From Trypanosoma brucei (taxonomy: Eukaryota): a stretch of 64,000 nt of DNA. The notes beneath the pieces are model-generated. The model saw nothing but the letters and a program-made list of their open reading frames with translations. It did not search any database and was not told the DNA's origin. The translations under genes were made by a program, and so were the position numbers. Numbering within the stretch: the stretch's first letter is position 1; each line of letters begins with the position of its first letter. Positions 1 through 10,487 of this stretch are shown piece by piece. The stretch lies in the NCBI GenBank assembly GCA_000002445.1, contig CP000068.1, positions 896,001-960,000 on the forward strand, written 5' to 3'.

Positions 1-1051
1 GTTCCATAAATCGAGTGCGACTTTGTGCTAACGCCTGTTTGGAGAAGCGCGCCCGGTGTTTCGGACGTGGCTGCCAGTCACCCACACCTCGGCTGATATA
101 ATACCAAGCGCATAACCGCGGTGGCGCTTGCGCAACGAACCGCCGAAGCATACCATACACTGCGCCCTAACCCTCCCCTTTTCCTGTAGTTTGTCCTCAC
201 CCACTATAGCGCAGAAGCACGGTATGAATTGGCTAGGAGGAAAAACAACAAAAGAACCATATACGCTAAAACAATAATAACAAATGGGGGAAAAGAAACA
301 AGTTTAAAACTGGGCAAATTGAATTGAAGACAACAAAAGGGAAACATCACCTCGCGCAACGACCCTTGAGGGTGAGGAGTTGATTTGCTGCCCAATTTCA
401 TCTTTTCCACCCCTCAGGTATAAAAGAAGAAAAAACAGAAAGAGCTCCTGGTCGGAAAGTTGTTTGTCTCCTCTCTAGGCAAATGCTGCCATAAAACTTC
501 GTACATGTGAGAGTTAACAAATGAATCGAAATGAACAGTGCGCCAAACTTCCGTGCGAACGGGGGAAAAGTTGGTGACAGAATAATAAGGTGACACCCCG
601 AATGTAGGCCACATACACTCACGCAGAGAGTCGCAGCGAATGCTCTAAACCAACAAAGGAATTAGAAGATGAGAATGAGTGAAAGTACACACGGAAAACC
701 ACAACTAACATATACGTCCTTCGTTTGACAACAGCAGCCGTCGAAATACATTCCACATTACTCTCCCCCATATGAACCAAGTAAAATTGTCTCACCCTAT
801 TCCTCTTGAGCACTTACACTTGATCCTCCGCTTCCGTATGCGAAGCAGCAGCGCTGCACTTTCTTAGTGACCTACAACCCCACTCTCCACCCTTCATCTA
901 ACTTTCTAGTTGAATACCCTCTTTATACACTCTTTCCCTTTTCTTTTCCTTTAATATTCCTTTTCGAACTCACTATCAATACGTTTCTCGTTATATACAT
1001 AACAACTACGTTCCGCACACTTCTATAACTGATACGTGTGTGCAACGGATT

Positions 1052-2608
1052 TTAGTTGCCTTCGTCCCCATCAGATCCTTCGCCATCACCGCCGCTGCCC
1101 TCCTCTTGCCCTTCCTCTTCAAGACGTGCGGCGGCGATCCCTTCCCACTTGGCTCGCTCTACACTGTCAGCTTCAATCCACAACTTCGCGAGGGCTTCAT
1201 CTGTATCAACACCAATCTGTAGAAGGAGGCGACGAACTGCGGCCTCATCGACCTCGTCGTCTTCGTCACGCAGCGCCTCTTCATCATTCGGATCGTTCAC
1301 ATCCTCCTCAGGCAACTCCACAGTCGCCGGGACCTCACGTCCGGCTTGTGTGAGAAGCTGCAGCCATTTGTCCCGTGCGTCACGGTACGCACTCGCTGTC
1401 CGAAGTAGCCGTAGCAGGGCGTACAATATAACACTGTGCTTTTTAGCAGTCTCCTCCACTCGGCTGGTGATGTTCGCAGCGCGATCAGCGGCTGCAGCAG
1501 CTGCTTCTAGGGCCTCGTGTTCCTCATCCGCCCCTGAACCTTCGGCATCAATGTGATCTGCAGGGTTGACACCACAAATGTACTCTCCGTCGTGCAACAA
1601 TACACGAAGCACGCGGCCTACACGGCGCGCCTGACGAGGCTTGGGTTGAGGGATTGGGACATCTCCATCTTGCATATCATCCCCCGAGTTCATATCGTTG
1701 GCGTTTTGGAGATTGTCCTCAAGGCGTAATGGACGGCTCCGCTGATACGATCCAACTGGATTAAAGGCACGGAGCAGCTGCATTAATTTAAAGGGTTTCA
1801 ACAGGGCGGCTACATCAGCCGGTGTGCTAACCTGCTTGGGGGTGCTGTCAAAGAGGAAATAGCACCAACAACGCAATACACGGAACAAAATCATGGGGGC
1901 GGAAATTTTTTCGTGTTGCCGTAGGGTTACCTGGCGCACAAGCTTCTCCATTGCATCGGAACTGGGGAGTGTACCTTTAGTTGCAGCAGCTATAGCCTCC
2001 GCTTCGTCCTTCTTCTGCGCTTCCTCTGTCGCAACCTCTAGCGCGTCGTGCATTTTGTCTTGTTCCATGCGTACCTCCTCCCGGCGGTCCACAAGCTCTT
2101 TCTTCAACATGCCAAGCAGCGCCTTTCGTATGTAAAGCATGAAGCGGTGTGCCTTGTAAAACTCCACACGAGCATCCTCCACTGCAGCAGCTGCATCATC
2201 GACATCGGCTGCGTCCGGCAGGGCGTCTCCACTATGATCCTTTTCACCAGCCACGTCTCCTAGTAAATCATCTGCTTCCGCTTCCGCTTCCTCATACTTG
2301 TTCCACAGTTCCTCTTCCTCTGCACGGCGTGCTCGCAATACCGCCTGGCACTGACGGAAAAATCGCTGAATGGTGTCAGCTGCTCGTTTCTCCCGCAGTG
2401 CACGTCGTCCCGCCCATGCCTGCCTCAGGGCTTCCACTTTCGCCTGTCGAGTGGCAGCAATGGCAGCGTTCTGCTCCTCCTGCAATACATGCAGCAAATA
2501 CAAAGCAATGTACTCCTGTGGGTTGCTGGGTTGAGCAAGAACTGTTTCAGCGACGGCTTTCGCAAGCACAGGACCAACACTGCATTTGAGGTATGCACTC
2601 TCAGTCAT
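1052..2608 (-). CDS. RIIa (PKA regulatory-subunit dimerisation/docking-like) domain protein with an IQ motif and a long acidic tail; probably a flagellar/axonemal scaffold protein
   Basis: Track ORF 1052..2683(-) starts at a TTG; the first in-frame ATG is at 2608 (MTESAYLKC...). The N-terminal 'PQEYIALYLLHVLQEEQ' fits the RIIa/DPY-30 helix pattern. 'TIQRFFRQCQAVLRARR' is an IQ calmodulin-binding consensus. The C-terminus is strongly D/E-rich. A polypurine run on + (polyY on -) at 2636-2674 lies just upstream of the ATG. Confidence 0.6.
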   Translation of the reverse strand: MTESAYLKCSVGPVLAKAVAETVLAQPSNPQEYIALYLLHVLQEEQNAAIAATRQAKVEALRQAWAGRRALREKRAADTIQRFFRQCQAVLRARRAEEEELWNKYEEAEAEADDLLGDVAGEKDHSGDALPDAADVDDAAAAVEDARVEFYKAHRFMLYIRKALLGMLKKELVDRREEVRMEQDKMHDALEVATEEAQKKDEAEAIAAATKGTLPSSDAMEKLVRQVTLRQHEKISAPMILFRVLRCWCYFLFDSTPKQVSTPADVAALLKPFKLMQLLRAFNPVGSYQRSRPLRLEDNLQNANDMNSGDDMQDGDVPIPQPKPRQARRVGRVLRVLLHDGEYICGVNPADHIDAEGSGADEEHEALEAAAAAADRAANITSRVEETAKKHSVILYALLRLLRTASAYRDARDKWLQLLTQAGREVPATVELPEEDVNDPNDEEALRDEDDEVDEAAVRRLLLQIGVDTDEALAKLWIEADSVERAKWEGIAAARLEEEGQEEGSGGDGEGSDGDEGN

Positions 2609-2635
2609 TAGTTTCTTGTTTCTACTCGATTCAGA

Positions 2636-2674
2636 AATACAAAAAAAAAGAGTGGAAAGAAAAGAAACAAAAGC
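2636..2674 (-). promoter_or_regulatory. PolyY tract (polypurine on +) upstream of the RIIa/IQ gene
   Basis: Plus strand 'aatacaaaaaaaaagagtggaaagaaaagaaacaaaag'. The minus strand is pyrimidine-rich, with AG candidates between it and the ATG at 2608. Confidence 0.45.
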
Positions 2675-3565
2675 TATAGTCAATAATACAAGGAAGAAAT
2701 GAGTGCCCGGGCATCTCCTCTGTGCGCATATGCATTTATACGTTTTGTTACCATATAATCATGCCACTGGTTGAAGATACTGGAGTGCTCCTGTTAGTTA
2801 TTTTTTTTCCCCTGCTTGTCCTTGTTCTTCCTCCACGGCAGCGAGTTAAGGTGTAGTGGGTTGACCACCACACTACTGACCTTTCAAACGTATCCCTTCC
2901 TCCTCATTACCAGAGGAACCCCATTTCTCCACTCACTCTGCGGAAAGTAGAACAAAAAAAACAAAATAAACAAAGTAGAGGCGAGCCTCGTGACTAAGGG
3001 AAAGAAAGCACCAGAGTGCACCCACACCGCATGAGAAGCCGTCACAAAAACTTCAACAGCGGCAGAGCAAAGAGAAGTTAAGTACGGACGGAGAACGGGA
3101 CCTGTTAAGCACTACAGCAAATAAAAAAAACAACTAAAAGGGACAAGAGAGGAATGGGGGACCCCCCCCTCCCCTGAGAAAGGCGACTGATGGGCATGTC
3201 CTCTACTTCACGGGAATTAAAGAAGAGAACCCACACTCTATACGGCCCAGTTGTATAGTCGTATATAGATTTTTAAAAGAAAATACAGTGCATAACCACA
3301 AGAGCACCCCAAATATAGGGAAGCCTCCCCCCCCACCGTTATTCTCTATAATAAAAAAACTGCTTTTCCCCCCTATTTCCTCTATCACAATTAAAAAGAA
3401 AAATTTAAGCGAACAGGCATATACCCAATACGTATACATAGATAAAAAATATATATATATATGTGTGTGTGTGGCTTTACTTATCTTTCTTTTACGCGTG
3501 CGGGCCAGTTCGGCCAACAACCTCGCCACATCCAAGAGCCCGTCACCATTTGATTATAACTCTGA

Positions 3566-4864
3566 TTACTTGCGTATCTGGCACTCAGCTTCCGTTTCCC
3601 CCTTTACGCCATCTCGAGAATTACTCGGGTGGACAAATAATAGGGGTATCATACCAAGTAACAATCCAACAAGCATACCTGCGGTGTTGCCTACACGAGT
3701 GGCACTACCGCGGGCCTTTGACTTCTGTTGAGCGGCGGTTAGAACCGGCACCCGCGCTAATCGAACCCTTTGCGTGAAGCGCTCGGCTACACCGTGCATT
3801 TGTACCCCCGCCACACCTGAAACAACACCACCAAGAGCCGCAGCCGTCATGGAAGTTAGCCCAAAAGCCTCCGCGCAGCGCCTATCAATAGCATCGCCAG
3901 CAGTCACGAAAATGGAGTTGTCGAGAATGCCGAAAGCCATAAACGGGACAGAGGCCGAGTATGCAATGCGTAGCCACAAGTTCCATGCGATATGGTCATT
4001 GGTGATAGTGGATTGTGAAGCTTTCGATGCCTCACTACTTCTCGATTGCTGTTGCTTTTTTACTCCGCTCTGTCGCGCCTCATTACGAGCGTCTGCACAC
4101 TCTCTCAACGCAAACTCCACCCAGGCATTATATTCTTCCGCCGAAACACAGTCCTCTTTTTCTGTATCCACTTTGCGCAACTGTTTCTCGACTTCCTCGA
4201 AACCGAAATACTCTTGCGCCGTTCCAAATAGGAGGAGCATCCGCAACGTGTCGTCCTCGAGCCCAGAAAGAAGTCGAGGCCCAAAGCTCGGATCCTTTTC
4301 AAGCACACACACGAGGGCCGACAGCAACTCCTCCCGCTGCTTCTGTGAAACCTCTCTATTTTCCGCTGTTATTTCAAGAGGTGGTGGCTGCACGGTGCTT
4401 CCCTCACCTCCCCCCTCCCTCGAGCACCAACTACTCAATAAATTGTGAAGTTGCTCAACGGCATCCGCCACCCTCGACTCCTCCTCAACCCGCTGATAAC
4501 CGCTATTGTTACCGGCATCGTTACTATCACACCGCTCCGGAACGCCACTTTGAGGAACTAAAAGCGGAGGACTAACCGCTGGTCGGCTGCTGTCGACGGA
4601 TCCGGGTGCATTGCCCACAATTACGCCAGGGTCCTTATACGCTACCGTAGTGGAAACAAGGGTAGCAGCACTATTGCTGGTGTTAAGAGCACCGACGCAC
4701 TTTGAAGGTGGTGGCGGGACCTTCTCACTTGCCAACTTTTGTCGCACTGCGGCGGAAAGGTGAGCGCATGGCATCTTGGCTGCAGTGAGAACCGGTGTCG
4801 AGGGTGGCCTCAGCGAGTTGCCCAGCAAGTGTGCTCCAAACATTCGACGTCGAAACTCCTTCAT
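3566..4864 (-). CDS. Hypothetical membrane protein with two C-terminal glycine-zipper transmembrane helices (TMEM65/DUF2453-like); soluble N-terminal half
   Basis: 432-aa ORF with an ATG start at 4864 (plus strand reads 'cat'). The C-terminus has 'ILDNSIFVTAGDAIDRR...TSMTAAALGGVVSGVAGV' and 'GMLVGLLLGMIPLLFV' hydrophobic, Gly-rich helices. It is co-directional with neighbouring minus-strand genes. The 224-aa plus-strand ORF 3774..4448 is Ser/Cys-rich nonsense and is rejected. Confidence 0.5.
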   Translation of the reverse strand: MKEFRRRMFGAHLLGNSLRPPSTPVLTAAKMPCAHLSAAVRQKLASEKVPPPPSKCVGALNTSNSAATLVSTTVAYKDPGVIVGNAPGSVDSSRPAVSPPLLVPQSGVPERCDSNDAGNNSGYQRVEEESRVADAVEQLHNLLSSWCSREGGGEGSTVQPPPLEITAENREVSQKQREELLSALVCVLEKDPSFGPRLLSGLEDDTLRMLLLFGTAQEYFGFEEVEKQLRKVDTEKEDCVSAEEYNAWVEFALRECADARNEARQSGVKKQQQSRSSEASKASQSTITNDHIAWNLWLRIAYSASVPFMAFGILDNSIFVTAGDAIDRRCAEAFGLTSMTAAALGGVVSGVAGVQMHGVAERFTQRVRLARVPVLTAAQQKSKARGSATRVGNTAGMLVGLLLGMIPLLFVHPSNSRDGVKGETEAECQIRK

Positions 4865-6806
4865 TTTCCCTCAGACAGTCATGCGCTACACACCGGGAGG
4901 TTGAAGGAAAAGAGAACACGGCCGACAAGTTCCGTGTATATCTCCAAGACCTTTTAATCACTCGTCTGGGCTTCCTGAGTGTGAAAAAGAGGAACCAACA
5001 AGAACCAGGGAGCACAAGTTGTTGGATATGAAAATGTGTTTCATTGTTTTGATATGCTGTCAACAATTTTTTTTTTTGACTGCAGCCTCGTACGAGGATA
5101 ACGTCAAGGAAAGAAATCAGGCTACTTCTTGATGCCCTCACCTCCCTGCTGAAGCGCGTTAATACCGATCCGCCCCTTCACGTTCCCACTCATGTAATAC
5201 TGTTAGTGGATAATACGGAGAGTAAGGTAGGGGAGGAGGGTCAGTGAAAAGTTACGTATGAAAATACGGATGTCCTCCGCCTCTATTGCCACCACCATGC
5301 TGTAATAATAACAAAAACAGAAACACAAAATCTAAACAATTAAATACAGTCGTGTGCATATCTGAGCTACCAACGATTTTTTACCTATTCACACACACGT
5401 TGAAAATCATTCTGTTCTCACACATCTCCTTTCAGGCGCCACTGGTTAAACGTAATGTAGGCACTCCGGACATGTGCCAGCGGATCAAAAAGAGGGAAAC
5501 TGAAACAAAACACACACAAAAATAAAATAAATAAATTGCCTGCACCTCCGGAAAAATGGTGCGAAAACTGCCCGGCACATCCTCTAGAGGCTATAAAAGG
5601 CGTGATTGGTTCAGCACATAGTTTTATAATTACGTGTTTACACGCATTCGTACATATGCGACGATATTGACAGACGAGGTACGTCCCTCTACTTTCCCTC
5701 ACCTCATACGTCGTAACGAACAGTAAAAACAAAAAAAAAGGCTGCAGCGGCAGCCAAACACCCTGAGTTACGAGGGAATAAAAAATAAGGACAAAATAAT
5801 AGATAATAATATGGTATGAGGGAAATGTAATGGGGAGTTGTGCGCGGGCTACAATTACGCATTTCTGCCATTGGGTGACGAAAATAAGCAAGTTAAAGGA
5901 GAGGAACTAAGGGCACCAATAAGTGAAAGAACGATGTTAGACGGTTGCCCACTACAGAGTAAGAAAGGGGAAATCAAAAGAAAATACAAAATTGTGCAAG
6001 CAGTAACTGCGGGCACTACGGGGCTGCTCAATACACACAAAAATTTAAAAAATAAAAATAAATGGAAATATACACAAAGAAAAAAAAATAGAAAAAAGTC
6101 TTTAAAAAGAAAGTAAACTACACATTTTTATATTTGTAGAATCACTGTTGGAAATCTTCTTCCAATTTATCTCCCTCCCTCTCCCCCGCGCACCAAAATT
6201 CACTTTTTCACCAGTAGTGAAACAAAGGCACTGAGCGGAGCAAAAAAGAAAAGCTCTAGTGAATCGGAAGGCCAGCAAACAATGGGGCATAATGAATACA
6301 TATATGCACAAAAAAAATACTAGTACACGCAACGTAACATAATAATATTAATAACATACAGCACACTCCTACTGGAGTTAGAACTCGGTGCAAAAAGCAA
6401 TAACAATGGCAGTAATGCGCGGCTAGAGATAGCGTCCGCTGAGCAAACAATGCATGTAAGGTTGTTGTTGTTTTTTAATCCCAACTCTTGTCAATTACTT
6501 CCGCAGATTCGTGCGTTTGCAGTATGAACGCTCAATAGTAAGTAGCAAAAAAGAAAAAAACGAGCAATATTAGCAACACGTCCTTTATCGATGTTCCCTC
6601 CAGCGATGCAGAAGAGAAGCGCCCACTGCCATGTGAAGTGTCCGGCAATTTTTCTTTTTTCAGCAGCATCCCCGTCAATCACATAAGTAACACACATCTC
6701 ACAGGGGACCCGTAATGCGCCTTCTGTGCCTCAGAATGGTTACGGAAGAATCCGCATTGGTGCAAGTAGTGTCGGTTAGTACCTGATTAACAGTGTTCCG
6801 GATGCC

Positions 6807-8249
6807 TTAAACCCCCCAAACGTGTTCCCCTTTGGAACCTTCCAGATGTTGAGGAGCCAAAATGTCGTTGCCCTCCATAGCACCTTCACTGACACGTGGG
6901 AGACCGACAACTGGAGCAACCAGTTGCTTGTTTTCTTTTGGTGCCCATTCCACACGCCTCTCAGAGCTAGAAAGGGAATAGGAAGAATAAGTAGTTAACG
7001 TATCCCACGTTGCCTTTACTGACCGAGTGACGAAAACCTTGTGAGCGTTCACAAGAAGGTTAAGTATCTTCGCGCGCTCATCGACTTCGTAACGCCGAAG
7101 CCGGCTTCGTTGCACTTCTTCTTTCCGTCCGAGCACAAGCACCGGTATCACCCAGAAGGAGGCCGTAACGTCCGCCGCATTTGATTCCCCGGTGACATCC
7201 AGTGACGGCACAGCAGCAAGAGTAATGTTCACCTCCTCTGACAGCGTGCCATTTAATGATCCCTCTTCCCCCTCTTCTTCTTCCTCCTCCTCCTCCTCCT
7301 CCACACAACCTTTTCCCACTTCGGAGTCGATACCTGTGGGTGCCGCACCCGCCATATCAAACTGAGGTGTCCCTCCACCCCGCCGCAACGGGGGTAGAAT
7401 CAACTTGCGGACAACAGGGGGCTTAGGGACCGTAAAATCTCCCCCACCACGTGCGCCTAGAAACACACACCCACTGCGGCCAGATGGCTGCAAGCGAAGC
7501 GAAATTCTGAGCGGCGGCATCATCTGCATCTGGGGTTGGGAAGCGATCTGATCCTCGTTCGTGGTGACCGCGGTGACACGATCTGAATCGGGCACAAGAG
7601 CCTGCTGAGGTCCACGATCTCCGGTTGCTGTGTGAAATAAGTTATCCCAGGAACAGCGGCGCTTCATCGTCACTTTGGTTTTATTGCTGCGGATACATTG
7701 GGGCAGCACACCTGACTCCTTCACGTCGCCCTCTACCGGTGGTGGTAGCACTAGCTTCGCGTTGCCATTCGACTCGGAGCGCGAGTTCCTGGATTCATTG
7801 ATGGGCACGGCGGGCAGCGTATGCACAGTTGACTCCAGGTCCGTTGAGGGGTAGCGTTCGAAGGTCGTACCCGCAACAAATTGTGGTGTTGACTTTACGA
7901 GGCGGGGACGACCAGTTTCCGCAGACTGCTTCGGCACGTACTTGCCATACTTAGGGTTATCAAAGTTACAAGGCAAGTCCCTGAAAGACTGAGATACTAA
8001 GCTCTCCGATGCGGTGTGTTCAACGTCCTCCCATTCATCACCAAAAGTGTCAACTTCCCGCAACTGGCTGCTTCTCAGCGAGTCCTCCGCCGGTGGCCAT
8101 GCTTCGCGATACGAGGAAGTGTTTCGGCTCTCCGACGCCGCCAGACGCATCCTGAGAAATACAATTTTGTTGTCCGGCGAACGTTCGTCCTCGCTGGACT
8201 CGTTGTTCGCCTTTGAGGCAGAACATTTATTGCACCCCTTGTGCGGCAT
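6807..8249 (-). CDS. Hypothetical protein, largely low-complexity/disordered, with a poly-Glu tract
   Basis: 480-aa ORF with an ATG at 8249. The E9-GEEG stretch is encoded by (CTC/TCC)n on + at about 7261-7305. No recognisable catalytic motif. Polarity matches the minus-strand gene block. Confidence 0.45.
   Translation of the reverse strand: MPHKGCNKCSASKANNESSEDERSPDNKIVFLRMRLAASESRNTSSYREAWPPAEDSLRSSQLREVDTFGDEWEDVEHTASESLVSQSFRDLPCNFDNPKYGKYVPKQSAETGRPRLVKSTPQFVAGTTFERYPSTDLESTVHTLPAVPINESRNSRSESNGNAKLVLPPPVEGDVKESGVLPQCIRSNKTKVTMKRRCSWDNLFHTATGDRGPQQALVPDSDRVTAVTTNEDQIASQPQMQMMPPLRISLRLQPSGRSGCVFLGARGGGDFTVPKPPVVRKLILPPLRRGGGTPQFDMAGAAPTGIDSEVGKGCVEEEEEEEEEEGEEGSLNGTLSEEVNITLAAVPSLDVTGESNAADVTASFWVIPVLVLGRKEEVQRSRLRRYEVDERAKILNLLVNAHKVFVTRSVKATWDTLTTYSSYSLSSSERRVEWAPKENKQLVAPVVGLPRVSEGAMEGNDILAPQHLEGSKGEHVWGV
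7261..7305 (-). repeat. Coding (GAG/GAA)n trinucleotide run specifying the poly-Glu tract of the 6807..8249 protein
   Basis: Plus strand 'ctcttcttcttcctcctcctcctcctcctcc'. Confidence 0.8.
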
Positions 8250-9100
8250 TGGCCACGTAATTCTAAAAGAGAATTAATGAATGTAATTTTTTGTGATATT
8301 GAATGTCACACTGTGAGCTGACCCGGCAGAACAAGACGACAAACGCGGTAACTCACTGGAATTTTTACCTCCTTAGGCTGTGTCGTCACAAGTTTCACCT
8401 TATTTGAATAATTTCCACCTCAGCTATCAAAGTCTCACCACCACTTTGCAGTTCCTTTTTCCTATTCCTCAACAGTTTTCCCACCTCTTATGGAGGTACA
8501 ATGCCCTCTTCGCGACAAAAAAATATGGTGGAAAACTACAACACAAAGAGTGGGAAAGAATAGAAAAAACAAAAGCGGAGACACCCACAATCTTTTGTCC
8601 GCTTGCACCGCAACACCGTGCCTGAAAGAAAACGGGAAGAAAAACAAAGCAAAAAAATTGAGCATGTTAGAGGCAGCCAATGCCACAGCAGGTGGTATTG
8701 TCTCAACCAAGTACAAGGAAGGTAACCTAATAAACGTAAAGTAATATTACAAGAAGTAAACTCGAGAGACATGGAATTACGCGACCGTCTACACGCCAAA
8801 GCACGCACAAATGGTGCGCGTTACCTTGCGGCGTCGCCACTGACATTCCATGCACCACGTGTCACGGATTCACTGAGGTACAGAACAGGTCATGCTCGAC
8901 ACTTCCAAGACCCCTACGCTATCAACAGGGTCGTACCCACTCTTACAAAGTCTCAATGCCGTGCAAAACGACTCGGTGCTAGTGGCATTCTTGACCGTCA
9001 TAATCATCCGCAAGATACACTAGTGTACTCATGCGAAATCGCCACGTGACATGTTGAATGTTTCAGTTCCCACTTCGCGTCGGTAAACGAACGCGCTACC

Positions 9101-9667
9101 TCAGAAAAGGTTTAAATCTTTCCACTCTTTTCGCTGTCGTTCAAGCTCTGCAGCCAGCTCCGCTTTTTCTTTCGCCTCGCGCTCCAAACGCTGCTTCTTC
9201 CGCGCCGCCTCCTCGGCGAGCCGGGTGGCCTCTAACTGCTGCTCCACGACTTGTTCGCGTCGGCGCCTCCTCTGCCGCTCCGCCGGACTCAAGTTGGGGT
9301 CCTCAGAGGAACCCAGTCCAGCTGTGCCACCACTTACTTCCTCGCGAGCCTTACGCCGAACTTCTTCCTCCTTCAGTGCTGCTTCCCTTTCCTTCTTCCT
9401 CTGGTGCGCGACCTTCAGGCGAATAAGAACACCTTCATTACTTAACATCTTGTGTGCACTCTCAGCTATGTGAAATGCATCAGCGGCCTTCTCAACTGTG
9501 CACTTATCTGGGTGCACTTTGAGCACAATACGGCGGAAACTGCGATTAACGTCCGCGACTTCACACGTCTGCGGATCCAACTGCAGCACAGCAAATGGGT
9601 CCGCTCCCCCAGAGCTGAAGCGCAGTAACCGTCGTATTTCTTCCACTTGGTCCTCCTTTGACCCCAT
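9101..9667 (-). CDS. J-domain (DnaJ-like) co-chaperone with a charged K/E/R-rich coiled-coil tail
   Basis: 188 aa with an ATG at 9667. The J-domain signature 'DPFAVLQLDPQTCEVADVNRSFRRIVLKVHPDKC' includes the invariant HPD tripeptide. It is followed by an 'EREAALKEEEVRRKAREE...RQRRRRREQ' charged helix. Confidence 0.7.
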   Translation of the reverse strand: MGSKEDQVEEIRRLLRFSSGGADPFAVLQLDPQTCEVADVNRSFRRIVLKVHPDKCTVEKAADAFHIAESAHKMLSNEGVLIRLKVAHQRKKEREAALKEEEVRRKAREEVSGGTAGLGSSEDPNLSPAERQRRRRREQVVEQQLEATRLAEEAARKKQRLEREAKEKAELAAELERQRKEWKDLNLF

Positions 9668-10487
9668 TACGCCCTCGTAGCTATGTGATACGGGAGCGAA
9701 TAAGCGACCAGAGCCACTAACAGAAGAAACAAGGGGGGAAAAAAAGACGCAGCTGGACAGTAGTGATATGGCACGTAAACTAATTTAACAAGGGCGGGAA
9801 ACACCAATTCAGATGAAGGAAATGAATCAAAAGGGGTGTCTTTATCATATAGCGCGTGATAACTGGAAAAACAGAAATGTGGCACATCAACGACGTGCTT
9901 GTTCCTGCAGGCTTGCTCAAATCAAACAGAAGATTACAACTGTGCTGATGTGTTAAGAACGCAGACAAATGCCCGCGCCCAACCTAAATGTGAGGTACAC
10001 TGCCACATGCTTTCCATGCGAGCAGGAGCCACAACAAATCTTAAATGTGGAGCAAAATAAGTTAATACGTCCGTAGTCGACCTGACTACTGTTGGAAGAG
10101 TATATATTTTCCTCGTTGTCACTGGACGAACAGCATCAAACGCAAATAAAAATAAAAACAAAAGAAGATGTTAAAAAAGGAAACGGCATGGGTGGAGGTA
10201 TATCATACTAGCAAATTTGATATACAGAATTGAGTTGTAAGCAGTTGAACTAACGAGGGGAAGTCTGGCACAATGTTAACAAGTAAACCTGAGGTACCTG
10301 GCCCGACATTCAACACCCGTGAAATTTTCCTGAAAAATAAACAAAAAAATGAATCCACTAACTGAACAATCAACATCTGGAGATGCCGCAAGGTCACCAA
10401 CACTGCCACCACCTGAAACCATGCTTCCATGTATCTCTCCAATTACAATGTCATCTACCGCGTGCCAAGCGGCGCCATCACGCGAAA

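Noticed and set aside
1056-1556. 166-aa Ser/Ala-rich plus-strand ORF
   Set aside because: It is the mirror image of the (GAN)n-rich acidic tail of the RIIa/IQ gene on the minus strand, so it is a compositional artefact.
3774-4448. 224-aa plus-strand ORF overlapping the minus-strand gene 3566..4864
   Set aside because: Ser/Cys/Thr-rich nonsense composition. It is antisense to a coherent 432-aa ORF that matches the polarity of the surrounding minus-strand unit.
5418-5891. 157-aa minus-strand ORF and other 60-110-aa ORFs in the 4.9-6.8 kb intergenic region
   Set aside because: Hydrophobic low-complexity translations of AT-rich, homopolymer-rich spacer sequence, with no start context.
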